From: an uncultured Actinomycetes bacterium
Lineage (GTDB): Bacteria; Actinomycetota; UBA4738; HRBIN12
Direction of reading: 5' to 3'
DNA length: 64,000 bases
NCBI GenBank assembly: GCA_963695975.1
Contig: CAVOIB010000009.1
Coordinates: 26,797-90,796 of the forward strand
A program made the position numbers and the translations under genes. Positions 8,805 to 18,536 of this stretch are shown here, in pieces. The notes under the pieces were generated by a model. It had not been told where the DNA came from. It did not search any database and worked only from the letters and a program-made list of their open reading frames with translations. Position 1 is the stretch's first letter. Each line of letters begins with the position of its first letter.

Positions 8805-9223
8805 CCCTTCGCGGGGGTCACCGAGAGCGTCGAACGCGCCCTCGCGAGCACCTGTCCGCGGCCATCGACGACGTCGGCCTCGGCGAAGCCGAGCTGTCGG
8901 CCGACCTTCACCGTTCGTCCTCTGGCGACGATCCGCCCCTGCTTCCCTGGCGCGAGGAACTCCATGCTGAGCTGGACCGTGACGTGCCGCCGCCCGGATC
9001 CCAGGACCGTTCGGACCGCCAGGCCCATCGCGGTGTCGGCGAGCGTGGCGAGCATCCCGCCGTGGATGAGCCCCTGAAGGTTGACGTGCTCGGGCCCGGC
9101 CTCGAGCGCGACCTCGGCGTGGCCCGGCGACGCCTCGACCAGCTCGATACCGGCCCATCGGTAGAACGCCGTGCCCTGCAGCTGTTCTCGCAGGCTCTCG
9201 ACGAGCCCCACCTGTTCATCCAT
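8801..9223 (-). CDS. PaaI/4HBT-family hotdog thioesterase
   Basis: HGGMLATLADTAMGLA motif; 140 aa. Confidence 0.8.
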   Translation of the reverse strand: MDEQVGLVESLREQLQGTAFYRWAGIELVEASPGHAEVALEAGPEHVNLQGLIHGGMLATLADTAMGLAVRTVLGSGRRHVTVQLSMEFLAPGKQGRIVARGRTVKVGRQLGFAEADVVDGRGQVLARARSTLSVTPAKG

Positions 9224-9350
9224 CCGCTCCACCCTCCGGCTGCGTAGTCTCCCACGGGACGTCCGTTTGACGGCCACCATGACCGAAACGCACAATCCGG
9301 TGCGTCCGGGCCTGGGTCGCCCGGTTGGGATGGATAGGAGGGGGAACGTG

Positions 9351-10451
9351 ATGCGCGGACGCATCGTGAGATACCTGGTGCCACTGGCCCTACTCGGGCT
9401 CGTAGCGGCCGCCTGTAGCAATAACAATGACAACGCCGGTGGGGGAGGGAGCGCCAGCAGCAGCGGTCCGGCGTGCAACGCCGACATCAAGGTCGGGGTC
9501 GCCTTCGACGTCGGAGGTCTCGGCGATAAGTCGTTCAACGACGCGGCCAACACGGGCTTGCAGCAAGCGATCGCAGACGGGCTTGTCTGTGATTCCAACG
9601 TGACCGTGAACGAGGCCAATTCGACCGGTTCCGATCGGGACCAGAACGTGCAAGCCCTCGCCGACGCCGGATTCAACCTGGTGGTCGGCGTCGGGTTCGC
9701 GTTCTCGCCCGGCATCAACACCATCGCGCCGGACTACCCCGACACCGACTTCATGGTCGTCGACGGGTACGCGACCTGCGGTAAGGCTTGCGGGCTCGAC
9801 AACGACAACCTCACGAACGTTGCCGACTTCGACTTCAAGGAGCAGGAAGGCTCGTACCTCGTCGGAGCGGCCGCGGCGATCAAGTGTGCGTGCGACACGA
9901 TCGGGTTCCTGGGCGGGCAGACCGGTCCGCTGATCGGGAAGTTCCAGGCGGGGTATATGGCTGGCGCCATGGCCGTGAACCCGAAGATCAAGGTCCTCGT
10001 CGAGTACATCGGTGACGACGTCACCGCGTTCAACGATCCGGTCAAGGGCGAGGCCCTGTCCACCAAGATGTACGACGCGGGCGCGGAGATCATCTACCAC
10101 GCCTCGGGTGCATCGGGTGCCGGACTGTTCAACGCCGCGGTGAAGGCGAACAAGCTCGCCATCGGCGTGGACTCGGACCAGTACCTCACCGCGAGTCCCG
10201 AGCAGCAGCCGCTGATCCTCACCTCGATGATCAAGCGTGTGGACACGGCCGTCTACAACGCCATCACGCAGGTCGGTGACGGAAGCTTCGCGGCTGGAGC
10301 CACGGTCTTGGGTATGGCCGAGGACGGCGTCGACTACTCCCAGTCGAACACCACTCTGATGACGCAAGACATCATCGACCAGCTGGAGGCATTCCGGGCC
10401 AAGATCATCTCGGGCGAGATCGTCGTCCCCGATGACCCCAAGAAGGTCTGA
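9351..10451 (+). CDS. BMP-family (PnrA/Med-like) ABC-transporter substrate-binding lipoprotein, likely nucleoside binding
   Basis: SD AGGAGGG; lipobox LVAAAC; BMP-family motifs. Confidence 0.85.
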   Translation: MRGRIVRYLVPLALLGLVAAACSNNNDNAGGGGSASSSGPACNADIKVGVAFDVGGLGDKSFNDAANTGLQQAIADGLVCDSNVTVNEANSTGSDRDQNVQALADAGFNLVVGVGFAFSPGINTIAPDYPDTDFMVVDGYATCGKACGLDNDNLTNVADFDFKEQEGSYLVGAAAAIKCACDTIGFLGGQTGPLIGKFQAGYMAGAMAVNPKIKVLVEYIGDDVTAFNDPVKGEALSTKMYDAGAEIIYHASGASGAGLFNAAVKANKLAIGVDSDQYLTASPEQQPLILTSMIKRVDTAVYNAITQVGDGSFAAGATVLGMAEDGVDYSQSNTTLMTQDIIDQLEAFRAKIISGEIVVPDDPKKV

Positions 10452-10470
10452 TCCGGGAACGACAGGTCCG

Positions 10471-12006
10471 ATGACGAACGACTCCGGGGCGGGGCGCGGG
10501 AGCGCCCCGCCCCTCGTCGTCCTCGAGCACATCACCAAGCGGTTCCCCGGAGTGCTCGCGAACGACGACGTCTCGGTCGAACTGCGCCCCGCCGAGGTGC
10601 ACGCGCTGATCGGGGAGAACGGCGCGGGGAAGTCCACGCTGATGCGCGTGCTTTACGGGATGTACCCGGCCGACGAGGGCCGGATGATCGTCCGCGGCCA
10701 GGAGGTCAAGATCGCGTCGCCGCGCGACGCGATCGCGCTCGGCATCGGCATGGTCCACCAGCACTTCGTGCTGGTGGACCCGTTCACGGTCACGGAGAAC
10801 ATCATCCTGGGCGACGAGGACGGCGCGGTGCTCGATCGAAGCGACGCCGAACGGAAGGTCCGGGAGCTCGCGGAGTCGTACGGCTTCGTGGTCAGACCGG
10901 ATGCCGTGATCGAGGACCTGTCGGTGGGCGAGGAGCAGCGCGTCGAGATCCTGAAGGCCCTCTACCGCGGAGTGGAGATCCTGATCCTCGACGAGCCGAC
11001 AGCTGTCCTCACGCCGGGCGAGGCCAAGGAGCTGTTCGACAACCTCCGCAAGCTCAAGGAGAGCGGCAAGTCCATCGTGTTCATCAGCCACAAGCTCGAC
11101 GAGGTGCTCGAGATCGCCGACCGGATCACCGTGCTGCGTCGGGGGGCGGTGGTCGGGGAGACGACGCCGGCGCAGACATCGAAGGCCAAGCTTGCCGAGA
11201 TGATGGTGGGCCGGCCCGTGCTGTTCCGGCTAGAGAAGCCAGAGGTGGAGATCGGCGACCCGGTCCTGTCCGTCGAAGGGCTCGAGGGCGGGGGCAAGCT
11301 GCACGGCCTGTCGTTCGAGGTGCGTGCCGGGGAGATCCTCGGTGTGGCCGGCGTCGAGGGCAACGGCCAACGAGAGCTCGCCGAGACGCTGATCGGGCTG
11401 CTTCCCGCGACCGCCGGACGTGTCCTCCTGGAGGGCAGAGATATCGCGGGATGGTCGGTGCGGGACGTGCGGAACGCCGGGGTCGCGTACATACCTGAGG
11501 ACCGGCAGGAGCAGGGACTCGTGCTGTCGATGACGCTCTGGGAGAACACCGTGCTCGGCCGTCACGACGACGCGGAGTTCTCGAGCGGGCTCGGGGTCTT
11601 GTTCATCCGCAAGATCAAGGCGCTCGCCACGAAGCTCGTGGAGCTGTTCGATGTCCGCACCCGCAGCATCGAGGTGACCGCATCGACGCTCTCCGGGGGG
11701 AACCAGCAGAAGCTGATCCTCGCGCGCGAACTCGAGACCGATCCGAAACTGCTCGTGGCGGCGCAGCCCACCCGAGGTCTCGACGTCGGTGCGATCGAGT
11801 TCGTGTGGAAGCAGATCCTGGACCAGAAGGCGGCGGGGCGCGCCGTCCTGCTGATCTCGGCTGAGCTCGACGAGATCTATGCGCTCTCGGACAGGATCGT
11901 CACCATCTACGAGGGGCGGTTGACGGGCGAGTACCCGCCGGATGCTGCGCCCGAAGAGGTAGGCGTAGGGATGCTCGGCGGGATCAAGCAAGAGATTGCG
12001 GGCTGA
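10471..12006 (+). CDS. ABC transporter ATP-binding protein with two ATPase domains (sugar/nucleoside importer type)
   Basis: Two Walker A (GENGAGKST; GVEGNGQRE) and LSGG signatures; alternative start at 10432. Confidence 0.85.
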   Translation: MTNDSGAGRGSAPPLVVLEHITKRFPGVLANDDVSVELRPAEVHALIGENGAGKSTLMRVLYGMYPADEGRMIVRGQEVKIASPRDAIALGIGMVHQHFVLVDPFTVTENIILGDEDGAVLDRSDAERKVRELAESYGFVVRPDAVIEDLSVGEEQRVEILKALYRGVEILILDEPTAVLTPGEAKELFDNLRKLKESGKSIVFISHKLDEVLEIADRITVLRRGAVVGETTPAQTSKAKLAEMMVGRPVLFRLEKPEVEIGDPVLSVEGLEGGGKLHGLSFEVRAGEILGVAGVEGNGQRELAETLIGLLPATAGRVLLEGRDIAGWSVRDVRNAGVAYIPEDRQEQGLVLSMTLWENTVLGRHDDAEFSSGLGVLFIRKIKALATKLVELFDVRTRSIEVTASTLSGGNQQKLILARELETDPKLLVAAQPTRGLDVGAIEFVWKQILDQKAAGRAVLLISAELDEIYALSDRIVTIYEGRLTGEYPPDAAPEEVGVGMLGGIKQEIAG

Positions 12007-13205
12007 TGGCGGCGACCGGGATGGCTGCTCCCGCGACGCTCCCGCGCGTACGGTCCGACTGGCTCGAAAGGGTAGGGGGGCAAGCCTTGGCCCTCGTCGT
12101 CTCCTTCTTGATCGCCCTGGGGCTCGGTTCGCTCCTGATCTTGTCCTACGGAGAGAGTCCCGGACAGGTGTACTCGCAGATCTTCCAGGCGTCGCTCGGG
12201 AACCTGGACGGGTTCGGCTATGTGCTGTCGATCGCCACTCCCCTCATCTTCTCCGCGCTCGCCGTCGCGGTTTGCTTCAAGGGTGGGATGTTCAACATCG
12301 GCGTCGAGGGCCAATACCTCGTGGCGATGGTGACGGCTGCATGGGCTGCCCTCTCGCTCGAGTTCCTCCCCGCCCCGTTGTTGGTGACCGCGATCCTGCT
12401 CGCCGCGATGCTCGGGGGGATGGCCTGGGCCGCCATCCCGGGGATCTTGAAGGTGAAGACCGGAGCCCATGAGGTCGTGACGACGATCATGTTGAACGGC
12501 ATCGCCATCAGCCTGTTGGCGTGGGCGATCAACTTCCCGCTGAAGTTCCACAACGCGCCGCCCGGGCAGAACGTCGACCTGCGTACCGACGAGTTCCCGG
12601 ATCACGGTCTCGTCGGCGACATGGGCAAGGCGTTCGGCATCACGCCGGGCGCCCATCTGTCGTGGCTCCTGTTCCTCGCCATCGCATCGGCGATCGCGGT
12701 CTGGTTCCTCATGCGTCGCATGCGCCTCGGATACGAGGCCCGCGCCCTCGGTTCGTCGCAAGGATCCGCGCGCGCCGGCGGGATCTCGATCGGATCTACC
12801 CAGCTCCGCCTGTTCCTCATCTCGGGAGCTCTGGCCGGGCTGGTGGGGATGCAGCAGTTGCTCGCGGATAAGGGATATCTCGGGCAGAACTACGTAGCTC
12901 AGTTGGGATTCACGGGCATCGCCGTCGCGTTCCTGGGGCAGAACAACCCGATCGGGATCGTCTTCGCGGCGATCCTGTGGGGGATCCTTTCCCGCGGTGA
13001 GGTAGCCCTGCAGATCGGGAGCAACGTTCCTCGCGAGTTCATCATCATCCTGCAGGGGATCTTGATCCTGTCGGTGGTGATCACGTACCAGATCGCGAAG
13101 CGCCGGCTGGCGGCGCGCCAACTCCAGCGTGCCGGTGCGATCGGCGCCCTCGAGGACTCCGAGGCCAGCGTGGATATCGAGGGCATGGCCCAGGAGGGCG
13201 GTTGA
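12006..13205 (+). CDS. ABC transporter permease
   Basis: TGATG coupling to the ATPase gene; polytopic membrane protein. Confidence 0.8.
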   Translation: MAATGMAAPATLPRVRSDWLERVGGQALALVVSFLIALGLGSLLILSYGESPGQVYSQIFQASLGNLDGFGYVLSIATPLIFSALAVAVCFKGGMFNIGVEGQYLVAMVTAAWAALSLEFLPAPLLVTAILLAAMLGGMAWAAIPGILKVKTGAHEVVTTIMLNGIAISLLAWAINFPLKFHNAPPGQNVDLRTDEFPDHGLVGDMGKAFGITPGAHLSWLLFLAIASAIAVWFLMRRMRLGYEARALGSSQGSARAGGISIGSTQLRLFLISGALAGLVGMQQLLADKGYLGQNYVAQLGFTGIAVAFLGQNNPIGIVFAAILWGILSRGEVALQIGSNVPREFIIILQGILILSVVITYQIAKRRLAARQLQRAGAIGALEDSEASVDIEGMAQEGG

Positions 13206-13206
13206 C

Positions 13207-14175
13207 ATGTCACTGACCGACGTCGGCGTAGCGCTGCAGATCTCGTTCACCTACTTCACGATCATCTACCTGACAGGAGTCGGTGGTCTGTTCAGCGAGC
13301 GATCGGGGATCGTGAACATCGGCCTTGAGGGCCTGATGATCATCGGCACGGTGTCCGGAGCGTTCGGTGCCCGCTATTTCACCGACACGCTCGGACTGGG
13401 GCTCCCCTGGGGACCGATCCTCGGCATCCTGACGGGCGCGTTCTTCGGGCTGGCCTTCGCCGGCATCCATGCCATCGCCACCATCACGTTCCGGGTCGAC
13501 CAGATCGTGTCAGGCGTCGTGATCAACCTCGTCGCGATCGGGCTCGCCCGCTTCCTCTCGCAGGCCTTCTTCGGGCAATCGACCCAGTCGGACCCGGGTG
13601 GCCCTCACCTGAGCACCATCAGCGTCCCGCTCCTGTCGTCGATACCGGGTCTCGGGCGCGCCTTCCAGGACCTCTCCCCGATGGTGTTCTTCGCGTTCTT
13701 CCTGGCGTTGCCCGTGTGGTTCGCTCTCTACCGGACCAGATGGGGTCTGCGTCTGCGGTCCTGCGGAGAGAACCCGGAGGCGGCGCGCTCCCTCGGCGTG
13801 CGGGTCTCCGCGTATCGCTACCAGGGGGTGCTCCTTTCGGGGGCACTCGCCGGGATGTCAGGCGCGTTCCTCGCCGCCGAGGTCATCGGCAACTGGCGCG
13901 AGAGTCAGACGCTCGGTCTGGGGTTCATCTCGCTCGCCGCATTGATCCTGTCCAACTGGAACCCGATCCGGCTGATGTTCTTCGCGTGGTTGTTCGGGTT
14001 CGCGGTGGCGATACCGCTGCGGCTCCAGGATGCCCCCGGGCTCAACCTGCTGCCGCCCCAGTTCATCCGCATGATCCCGTACATCGTGACGATCGTGGCG
14101 ATCGCGGGTTTCGTGGGAAAGGTTCGGCCTCCTGCAGCCGCGGGTCGCGCCTACGAGGGTGGCAGCTCGGCGTAG
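13207..14175 (+). CDS. ABC transporter permease
   Basis: Starts 1 bp after the upstream stop; polytopic membrane protein. Confidence 0.8.
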   Translation: MSLTDVGVALQISFTYFTIIYLTGVGGLFSERSGIVNIGLEGLMIIGTVSGAFGARYFTDTLGLGLPWGPILGILTGAFFGLAFAGIHAIATITFRVDQIVSGVVINLVAIGLARFLSQAFFGQSTQSDPGGPHLSTISVPLLSSIPGLGRAFQDLSPMVFFAFFLALPVWFALYRTRWGLRLRSCGENPEAARSLGVRVSAYRYQGVLLSGALAGMSGAFLAAEVIGNWRESQTLGLGFISLAALILSNWNPIRLMFFAWLFGFAVAIPLRLQDAPGLNLLPPQFIRMIPYIVTIVAIAGFVGKVRPPAAAGRAYEGGSSA

Positions 14176-14179
14176 TTCC

Positions 14180-14198
14180 CTAGTCCGTTACAGACTAG
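14180..14198. terminator. Hairpin CTAGTC-n7-GACTAG between convergent genes (candidate bidirectional terminator)
   Basis: 6-bp inverted repeat containing two CTAG sites between the permease stop and the upp stop. Confidence 0.35.
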
Positions 14199-14203
14199 TA
14201 CGT

Positions 14204-14830
14204 TCACTGCGTCCCGTAGAGGCGATCGCCGAAGTCGCCGAGCCCGGGCAGGATGTACGCGTTCGCGTTGAGCTGACGGTCGAGCGCGCCGGCGACGACC
14301 CCCACGTCCGGGTGATCGGTCTCCATCCGCGCGACCCCTTCGGGCGCCGCGACCACGCACACGAACGTGATGTTCCGCGGTCCCGCCTGCTTGATGTAGG
14401 TGGCAGCGGCCGAACCGGATCCACCCGTCGCGAGCATCGGGTCGAGGAGCAGCGCGTTCTTCCCACTCATGGGTGGAAGCTTCGCGTAGTAGTCGCGGGG
14501 GAGGTGGGTCTCCTCGTCCCGTTCCATGCCCAGGTAGCCGACCACGGTGTCGGGATACAGGTCGGTCACGGCGTCGAGGAGACCGAGGCCGGCGCGGAGC
14601 ACGGGGATCGCCACCAGGCCCACGCCGAGCGCGGACCCGGTGATCGGTTCCAGCGGCGTCCGGACCTCGGCCGGGACAACGGGCAGCCCCCGAGTCGCCT
14701 CGACGATGAGGATCGCACCCAGCCGACGCGTCAGCGAACGGAACTCGGCCGGGCCGGTGCGTTCGTCCCGCAGTCTCGTGAGCAGGTCGCCGGCGAGCGG
14801 ATGATCGAGCACGGTCAGCACGGGAGGCAT
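14204..14830 (-). CDS. upp: Uracil phosphoribosyltransferase
   Basis: Full-length UPRTase motifs (LLDPMLATGGS, ILPGLGDFGDR). Confidence 0.9.
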   Translation of the reverse strand: MPPVLTVLDHPLAGDLLTRLRDERTGPAEFRSLTRRLGAILIVEATRGLPVVPAEVRTPLEPITGSALGVGLVAIPVLRAGLGLLDAVTDLYPDTVVGYLGMERDEETHLPRDYYAKLPPMSGKNALLLDPMLATGGSGSAAATYIKQAGPRNITFVCVVAAPEGVARMETDHPDVGVVAGALDRQLNANAYILPGLGDFGDRLYGTQ

Positions 14831-14883
14831 CCTACGTAGAGGTGCTTGTCACCGTCACCGTGCGAGTGGCAGGATGACGACCA

Positions 14884-14937
14884 CATGCGTGACGTGGCGT
14901 ACGGTTCCTTTGCCTACGACGGGCCAAGCCCGGCGTA
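14884..14937 (+). other. Candidate leader peptide uORF (MRDVAYGSFAYDGPSPA, 17 aa) in the DAHP synthase leader
   Basis: Short ORF holding Tyr, Phe and Tyr codons, 29 nt upstream of a terminator-like hairpin. Confidence 0.3.
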
Positions 14938-14965
14938 GTCGCCTGACGAGACGTCACCGACAGCG

Positions 14966-14991
14966 ACCCCGGGCCGGACCCGGGGTTCTTT
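14966..14991 (+). terminator. Intrinsic terminator/attenuator hairpin (CCCCGGG-CCGGA-CCCGGGG then TTCTTTC) 44 bp upstream of the DAHP synthase start
   Basis: Perfect 7-bp GC stem followed by a T-rich tract on the + strand inside a 5' leader. Confidence 0.5.
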
Positions 14992-15034
14992 CATCCCCGG
15001 GCTGCCCGCGGGCCTCGAGGGAACGGAGGACGAG

Positions 15035-16054
15035 ATGGTCGTCGTCATGAAGCACGACGCGACGGAGGCGGACATCGAGGCCGTCGCCGAGAAGGTGCGC
15101 GCCGCGGGCGGCGAGGCCTTCGTGTCGCGAGGAACGGTCCACACGATCATCGGTCTGGTTGGCGACACCGGGCGATTCCAGACGATCCCGTTCAAGCAGA
15201 TGCCCGGCGTCGACCACGTGATCCAGGTCGGCAAGCCCTACAAGATGGTCGCGCGCGACCTGCACCCCGAGACGACCACGGTGAAGGTGGGCACCACGCC
15301 GGTCGGCCGCGACAGCTTCACGATCATCGCGGGTCCGTGCGCCGTCGAGTCCGAGCAGCAAGCGTTCGCAGCGACGCGGGCAGCGAAGGACGCCGGCGCC
15401 ACGATCCTGCGTGGCGACATCTACAAGCCGCGCACCTCGCCGTACTCGTTCCAGGGGCTCGGCGAGCTCGGCCTCGAGATCCTGGGGGAGTGCCGGCGCG
15501 ACACCGGTCTGCCGATCATCGTCGAGGTCGTCGACGTCTCGCAAGTGTCATCCGTCGCCGAGGTCGCCGACTGCATACGCGTCGGGACCCGCAATGCGCA
15601 GAACTTCGAGCTGCTGAAGGAGGTCGGACAGACGAACAAGCCCGTGATGCTGAAGCGCGGCCTGGCGATGACGATCGATGAATGGCTCCAGGCCGCCGAG
15701 TACATCGCGCAGCGCGGCAACTCCGAGATCATCCTGTGCGAACGTGGGATCCGGACGTTCGAGCCGTCCACGCGCAACACCCTGGATCTCGCGGGGATGG
15801 CGGTCGCCCAGGCCGAGACGCATCTGCCGGTGATCGTGGACCCGTCCCACGCGGTGGGGAAACGGCACCTGGTGGTACCGATGGCGCTGGCGGCGGTCGC
15901 GGCCGGCGCGGACGCCGTGATGATCGACGTGCATCCAGATCCCGAGCAGGCCCTCTGCGACGGCCCCCAGGCGCTCACGCCCGACGAGATGATCCTGCTC
16001 GGCCGCGAGCTCGAGGCGGTGGCGTCGGCCGTCGGCCGCCCGGTGAACCACTAG
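15035..16054 (+). CDS. 3-deoxy-7-phosphoheptulonate (DAHP) synthase, type I-beta with an N-terminal regulatory domain
   Basis: KPRTSP, catalytic motifs and a CAVES-containing core; about 75-aa N-terminal extension. Confidence 0.85.
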   Translation: MVVVMKHDATEADIEAVAEKVRAAGGEAFVSRGTVHTIIGLVGDTGRFQTIPFKQMPGVDHVIQVGKPYKMVARDLHPETTTVKVGTTPVGRDSFTIIAGPCAVESEQQAFAATRAAKDAGATILRGDIYKPRTSPYSFQGLGELGLEILGECRRDTGLPIIVEVVDVSQVSSVAEVADCIRVGTRNAQNFELLKEVGQTNKPVMLKRGLAMTIDEWLQAAEYIAQRGNSEIILCERGIRTFEPSTRNTLDLAGMAVAQAETHLPVIVDPSHAVGKRHLVVPMALAAVAAGADAVMIDVHPDPEQALCDGPQALTPDEMILLGRELEAVASAVGRPVNH

Positions 16055-16063
16055 CGAGGTTCA
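16042..16063. terminator. Weak hairpin TGAACC-n8-GGTTCA spanning both convergent stop codons (CTAG in the loop)
   Basis: Inverted repeat overlapping the stops of the 15035 and 16061 genes. Confidence 0.25.
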
Positions 16064-16837
16064 GACGTCGGGCGTCAGCTCGACGATGCGGCACGTGGTG
16101 CGCCAGCGAGTGATCGACTCGGCGGGCGCGCCGGCGCGGCTCTTGCGCTTGTCGGCCAGGACCTTCGCCGCCTCTTCCCATTCCGCGCCCTCGAGCTCTC
16201 GCTGCGCCGCGTAGAACTCCTCGAGCGAGGTGTCGCGAAGCTTCCGGCGCGAGATCACGACGAGCTGGTGGGCGTCCGGGACGCCGGGGATCGTCTGTTC
16301 CTCCGGGCCGGGCTCCTTCTGCGAGAGCACGAGGATCTTGCCGTTCTTGTAGGCGAACCAGGCCGGCGCCATCCGGCGCTTCCCGTTCGGCGCCTCGGTC
16401 CCGATCCAGATCACGTCGGACTTCTTGAGCCCGTCCTCGGTCTCCTTCGGGAGCTTCGTGGGCGCGGTCTGCACGAAGACGGGGATGTCGATCTCACCGA
16501 CGATCTCGCCGTTCAGGATGAACGAGGCCACGAACGTGCCCGTCTCGTCGAACACGGCGTCGTCGATCAGGTCGACCTCGGTGGTGAGGTCCATCGCGCC
16601 GACCATCCGGCGCGCTTCGGGTCCCCAGCGGTAGATCGTGCGGCCCGACGGTCCGATCAGCCGGAACTCCTCGTTCACGAAGCCGGTCGGCACCTTCCAC
16701 GCGCGGAACACGACGAACGGGAGCGCCGGCCCGGGCTGGCCCACCAGGTAGACGCCGTCGTTCGCCTCGTTGCCGTACGCGTCCCAGACGCGCTTGTCCA
16801 CTACGGCTGCCGCGACGAGTTCCCCCACGACCATCAT
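16061..16837 (-). CDS. Conserved hypothetical protein
   Basis: Long ORF with protein-like composition; no family recognised. Confidence 0.5.
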   Translation of the reverse strand: MMVVGELVAAAVVDKRVWDAYGNEANDGVYLVGQPGPALPFVVFRAWKVPTGFVNEEFRLIGPSGRTIYRWGPEARRMVGAMDLTTEVDLIDDAVFDETGTFVASFILNGEIVGEIDIPVFVQTAPTKLPKETEDGLKKSDVIWIGTEAPNGKRRMAPAWFAYKNGKILVLSQKEPGPEEQTIPGVPDAHQLVVISRRKLRDTSLEEFYAAQRELEGAEWEEAAKVLADKRKSRAGAPAESITRWRTTCRIVELTPDV

Positions 16838-16897
16838 CGGGGCGAAGGATATACGACCGGTCTTGCCCCGATGGCGACGGCTCGGCGTTGTGGTGAG

Positions 16898-18070
16898 TCA
16901 AACGGTGCGGGCGAGCCACAAGCGTGGCTCTTCGATCTCGGGGAGCGACGGCATCGCTTCCGCGGAGTCCCACATGCGGGTGAGCGTGGCCTCGTCCGTC
17001 TGCTCGACCACTGTGTCGCAGAACGCGCGGCCTTGGACGTACTGGTCGCGCTTCATCTCGATCCCCAACAGACGCTCGAACACAGGATCCCCGGCCTCGC
17101 CCTCGCGGTAGCGACGCATCGCCTCCGAGATCTGTCCGTACGACGGCAACAGCTCGCGTCCGAGGGCGTGCATCACGTGGTCGCCGTACCCCTCCGCGGC
17201 GGCCATGAACGACTGGATCCGGCCGAGCTTGATCCGCTGCTCGTCGTCGAGCACGGCGCCGAACAGACCGTCCTCGGACTCCATCACCGATCTGAGCGCC
17301 TCGGGATCCGACGCGTCGAGCAACGACAAGCGTTCCTGCATCTGCGCCGCGTCGATCTTCAGCGTGGAGAGGAAGTCCGCCAGGAGCTCGGAGAACCGCC
17401 CGCTCGCCCACGGCTGCGCGAACTCGAACCGGTGCGTGACCTCGTGGATCGCGATGTAGGTGCGGAACTCGGTCCGGTCGAGCGACCAATCGCGTTCGAA
17501 CCGAGCGATGTTCGGGACGACGAACAACAGCGCGCCGGGGCCCGATCGCGGGACCGCGATGTCGTACTGGCCCAGAACGTGCTGGCCAAGGAACCCGAGC
17601 ACGGTGCCCACCTGGGCACCGAGCAGCAACGGCGAGAGCTGCTCCAACAGACCCGCCATGCCCTGCATCTCCGGCGGAAGCTGCCCGCCGATCGCCTCGC
17701 GGGACGCGTCGCCCATGGCCGCGGCGATCGTCTTCGCGGCGGGCTCGAGCAACGTCTTCAGGCTCTCGGTGTTCGCGTTCACCCATTCGGCGCGCCGGAC
17801 CGGCCTGACGTCGGCGACGTCGGTGGGAGCATCCAGTCCGGTGAAGCGGCCGACGTGGAGTTCCGCCACGCGGGCGGCCTCCTGGAACGTGGTCAGGTCG
17901 GCGTCGGTCGGCGCTGGGTCCTCGTGTCCCTCCTGCGCGCTCGCGATCCCGATCTGCCTCGCCAGCTCCCAGTTCACCGGGCCGGACGACGAGGACATGA
18001 CCCGCTGCAGCTCGCGGAAGAGCGGCGCGTCGGCGAACGCTTCGGGGTCGTCACCGAACGGGAAGTCCAT
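16898..18070 (-). CDS. Zinc-dependent metalloprotease, DUF2342 (zincin-like) family
   Basis: HEVTHRFEF HExxH motif; alternative start at 18097. Confidence 0.75.
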   Translation of the reverse strand: MDFPFGDDPEAFADAPLFRELQRVMSSSSGPVNWELARQIGIASAQEGHEDPAPTDADLTTFQEAARVAELHVGRFTGLDAPTDVADVRPVRRAEWVNANTESLKTLLEPAAKTIAAAMGDASREAIGGQLPPEMQGMAGLLEQLSPLLLGAQVGTVLGFLGQHVLGQYDIAVPRSGPGALLFVVPNIARFERDWSLDRTEFRTYIAIHEVTHRFEFAQPWASGRFSELLADFLSTLKIDAAQMQERLSLLDASDPEALRSVMESEDGLFGAVLDDEQRIKLGRIQSFMAAAEGYGDHVMHALGRELLPSYGQISEAMRRYREGEAGDPVFERLLGIEMKRDQYVQGRAFCDTVVEQTDEATLTRMWDSAEAMPSLPEIEEPRLWLARTV

Positions 18071-18104
18071 GCACCCATCGTACGACCGGCCCATCGATAG
18101 GATG

Positions 18105-18536
18105 ACCTGCGTGTCCGTCCCAACCCGTGTTCGAGTCACCACCGATCCGCTGTCGGTCGACGAGGCACTCGCGTTCGTTGCCGATCCCTCGGCCGGCGGC
18201 ATCTGCGTGTTCGTCGGCACGGTTCGCGACCACTCCGAGGCGGGAGACGTGACCGGCTTGCGATACGAGGCTTGGGACGAGCTCGCGATCGCGCGGCTCG
18301 GCGAGCTGGCCGAGGAGCTCGCCGAGAAGTGGCCGGTCAAGAAGGTGGCGATCCTTCACCGCACGGGCGACCTCGGCGTGGGGGAGCTGAGCGTTGTGGT
18401 CGCGTGTTCCGCACCGCACCGGGCCGATGCGTTCGAAGCCTGCCGTCACGGCATCGAGCGCCTCAAGGAGGACGTCCCGATCTGGAAGAAGGAGTCGCTC
18501 GTTACCGGCGAGGCACATTGGGTGATGGGCAGCTGA
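18105..18536 (+). CDS. moaE: Molybdopterin synthase catalytic subunit
   Basis: MoaE motifs (VGTVRDHS...AILHRTGDL...GIERLKEDVPIWKKE). Confidence 0.85.
   Translation, partial: TCVSVPTRVRVTTDPLSVDEALAFVADPSAGGICVFVGTVRDHSEAGDVTGLRYEAWDELAIARLGELAEELAEKWPVKKVAILHRTGDLGVGELSVVVACSAPHRADAFEACRHGIERLKEDVPIWKKESLVTGEAHWVMGS

Noticed and set aside
16268-18100. 610-aa plus-strand ORF and 430-aa minus-strand ORF (16494–17786)
   Set aside because: They overlap the hypothetical gene and the DUF2342 protease in antisense or alternative frames. Arg/Gly/Pro-rich low-complexity translations mark them as GC-shadow ORFs
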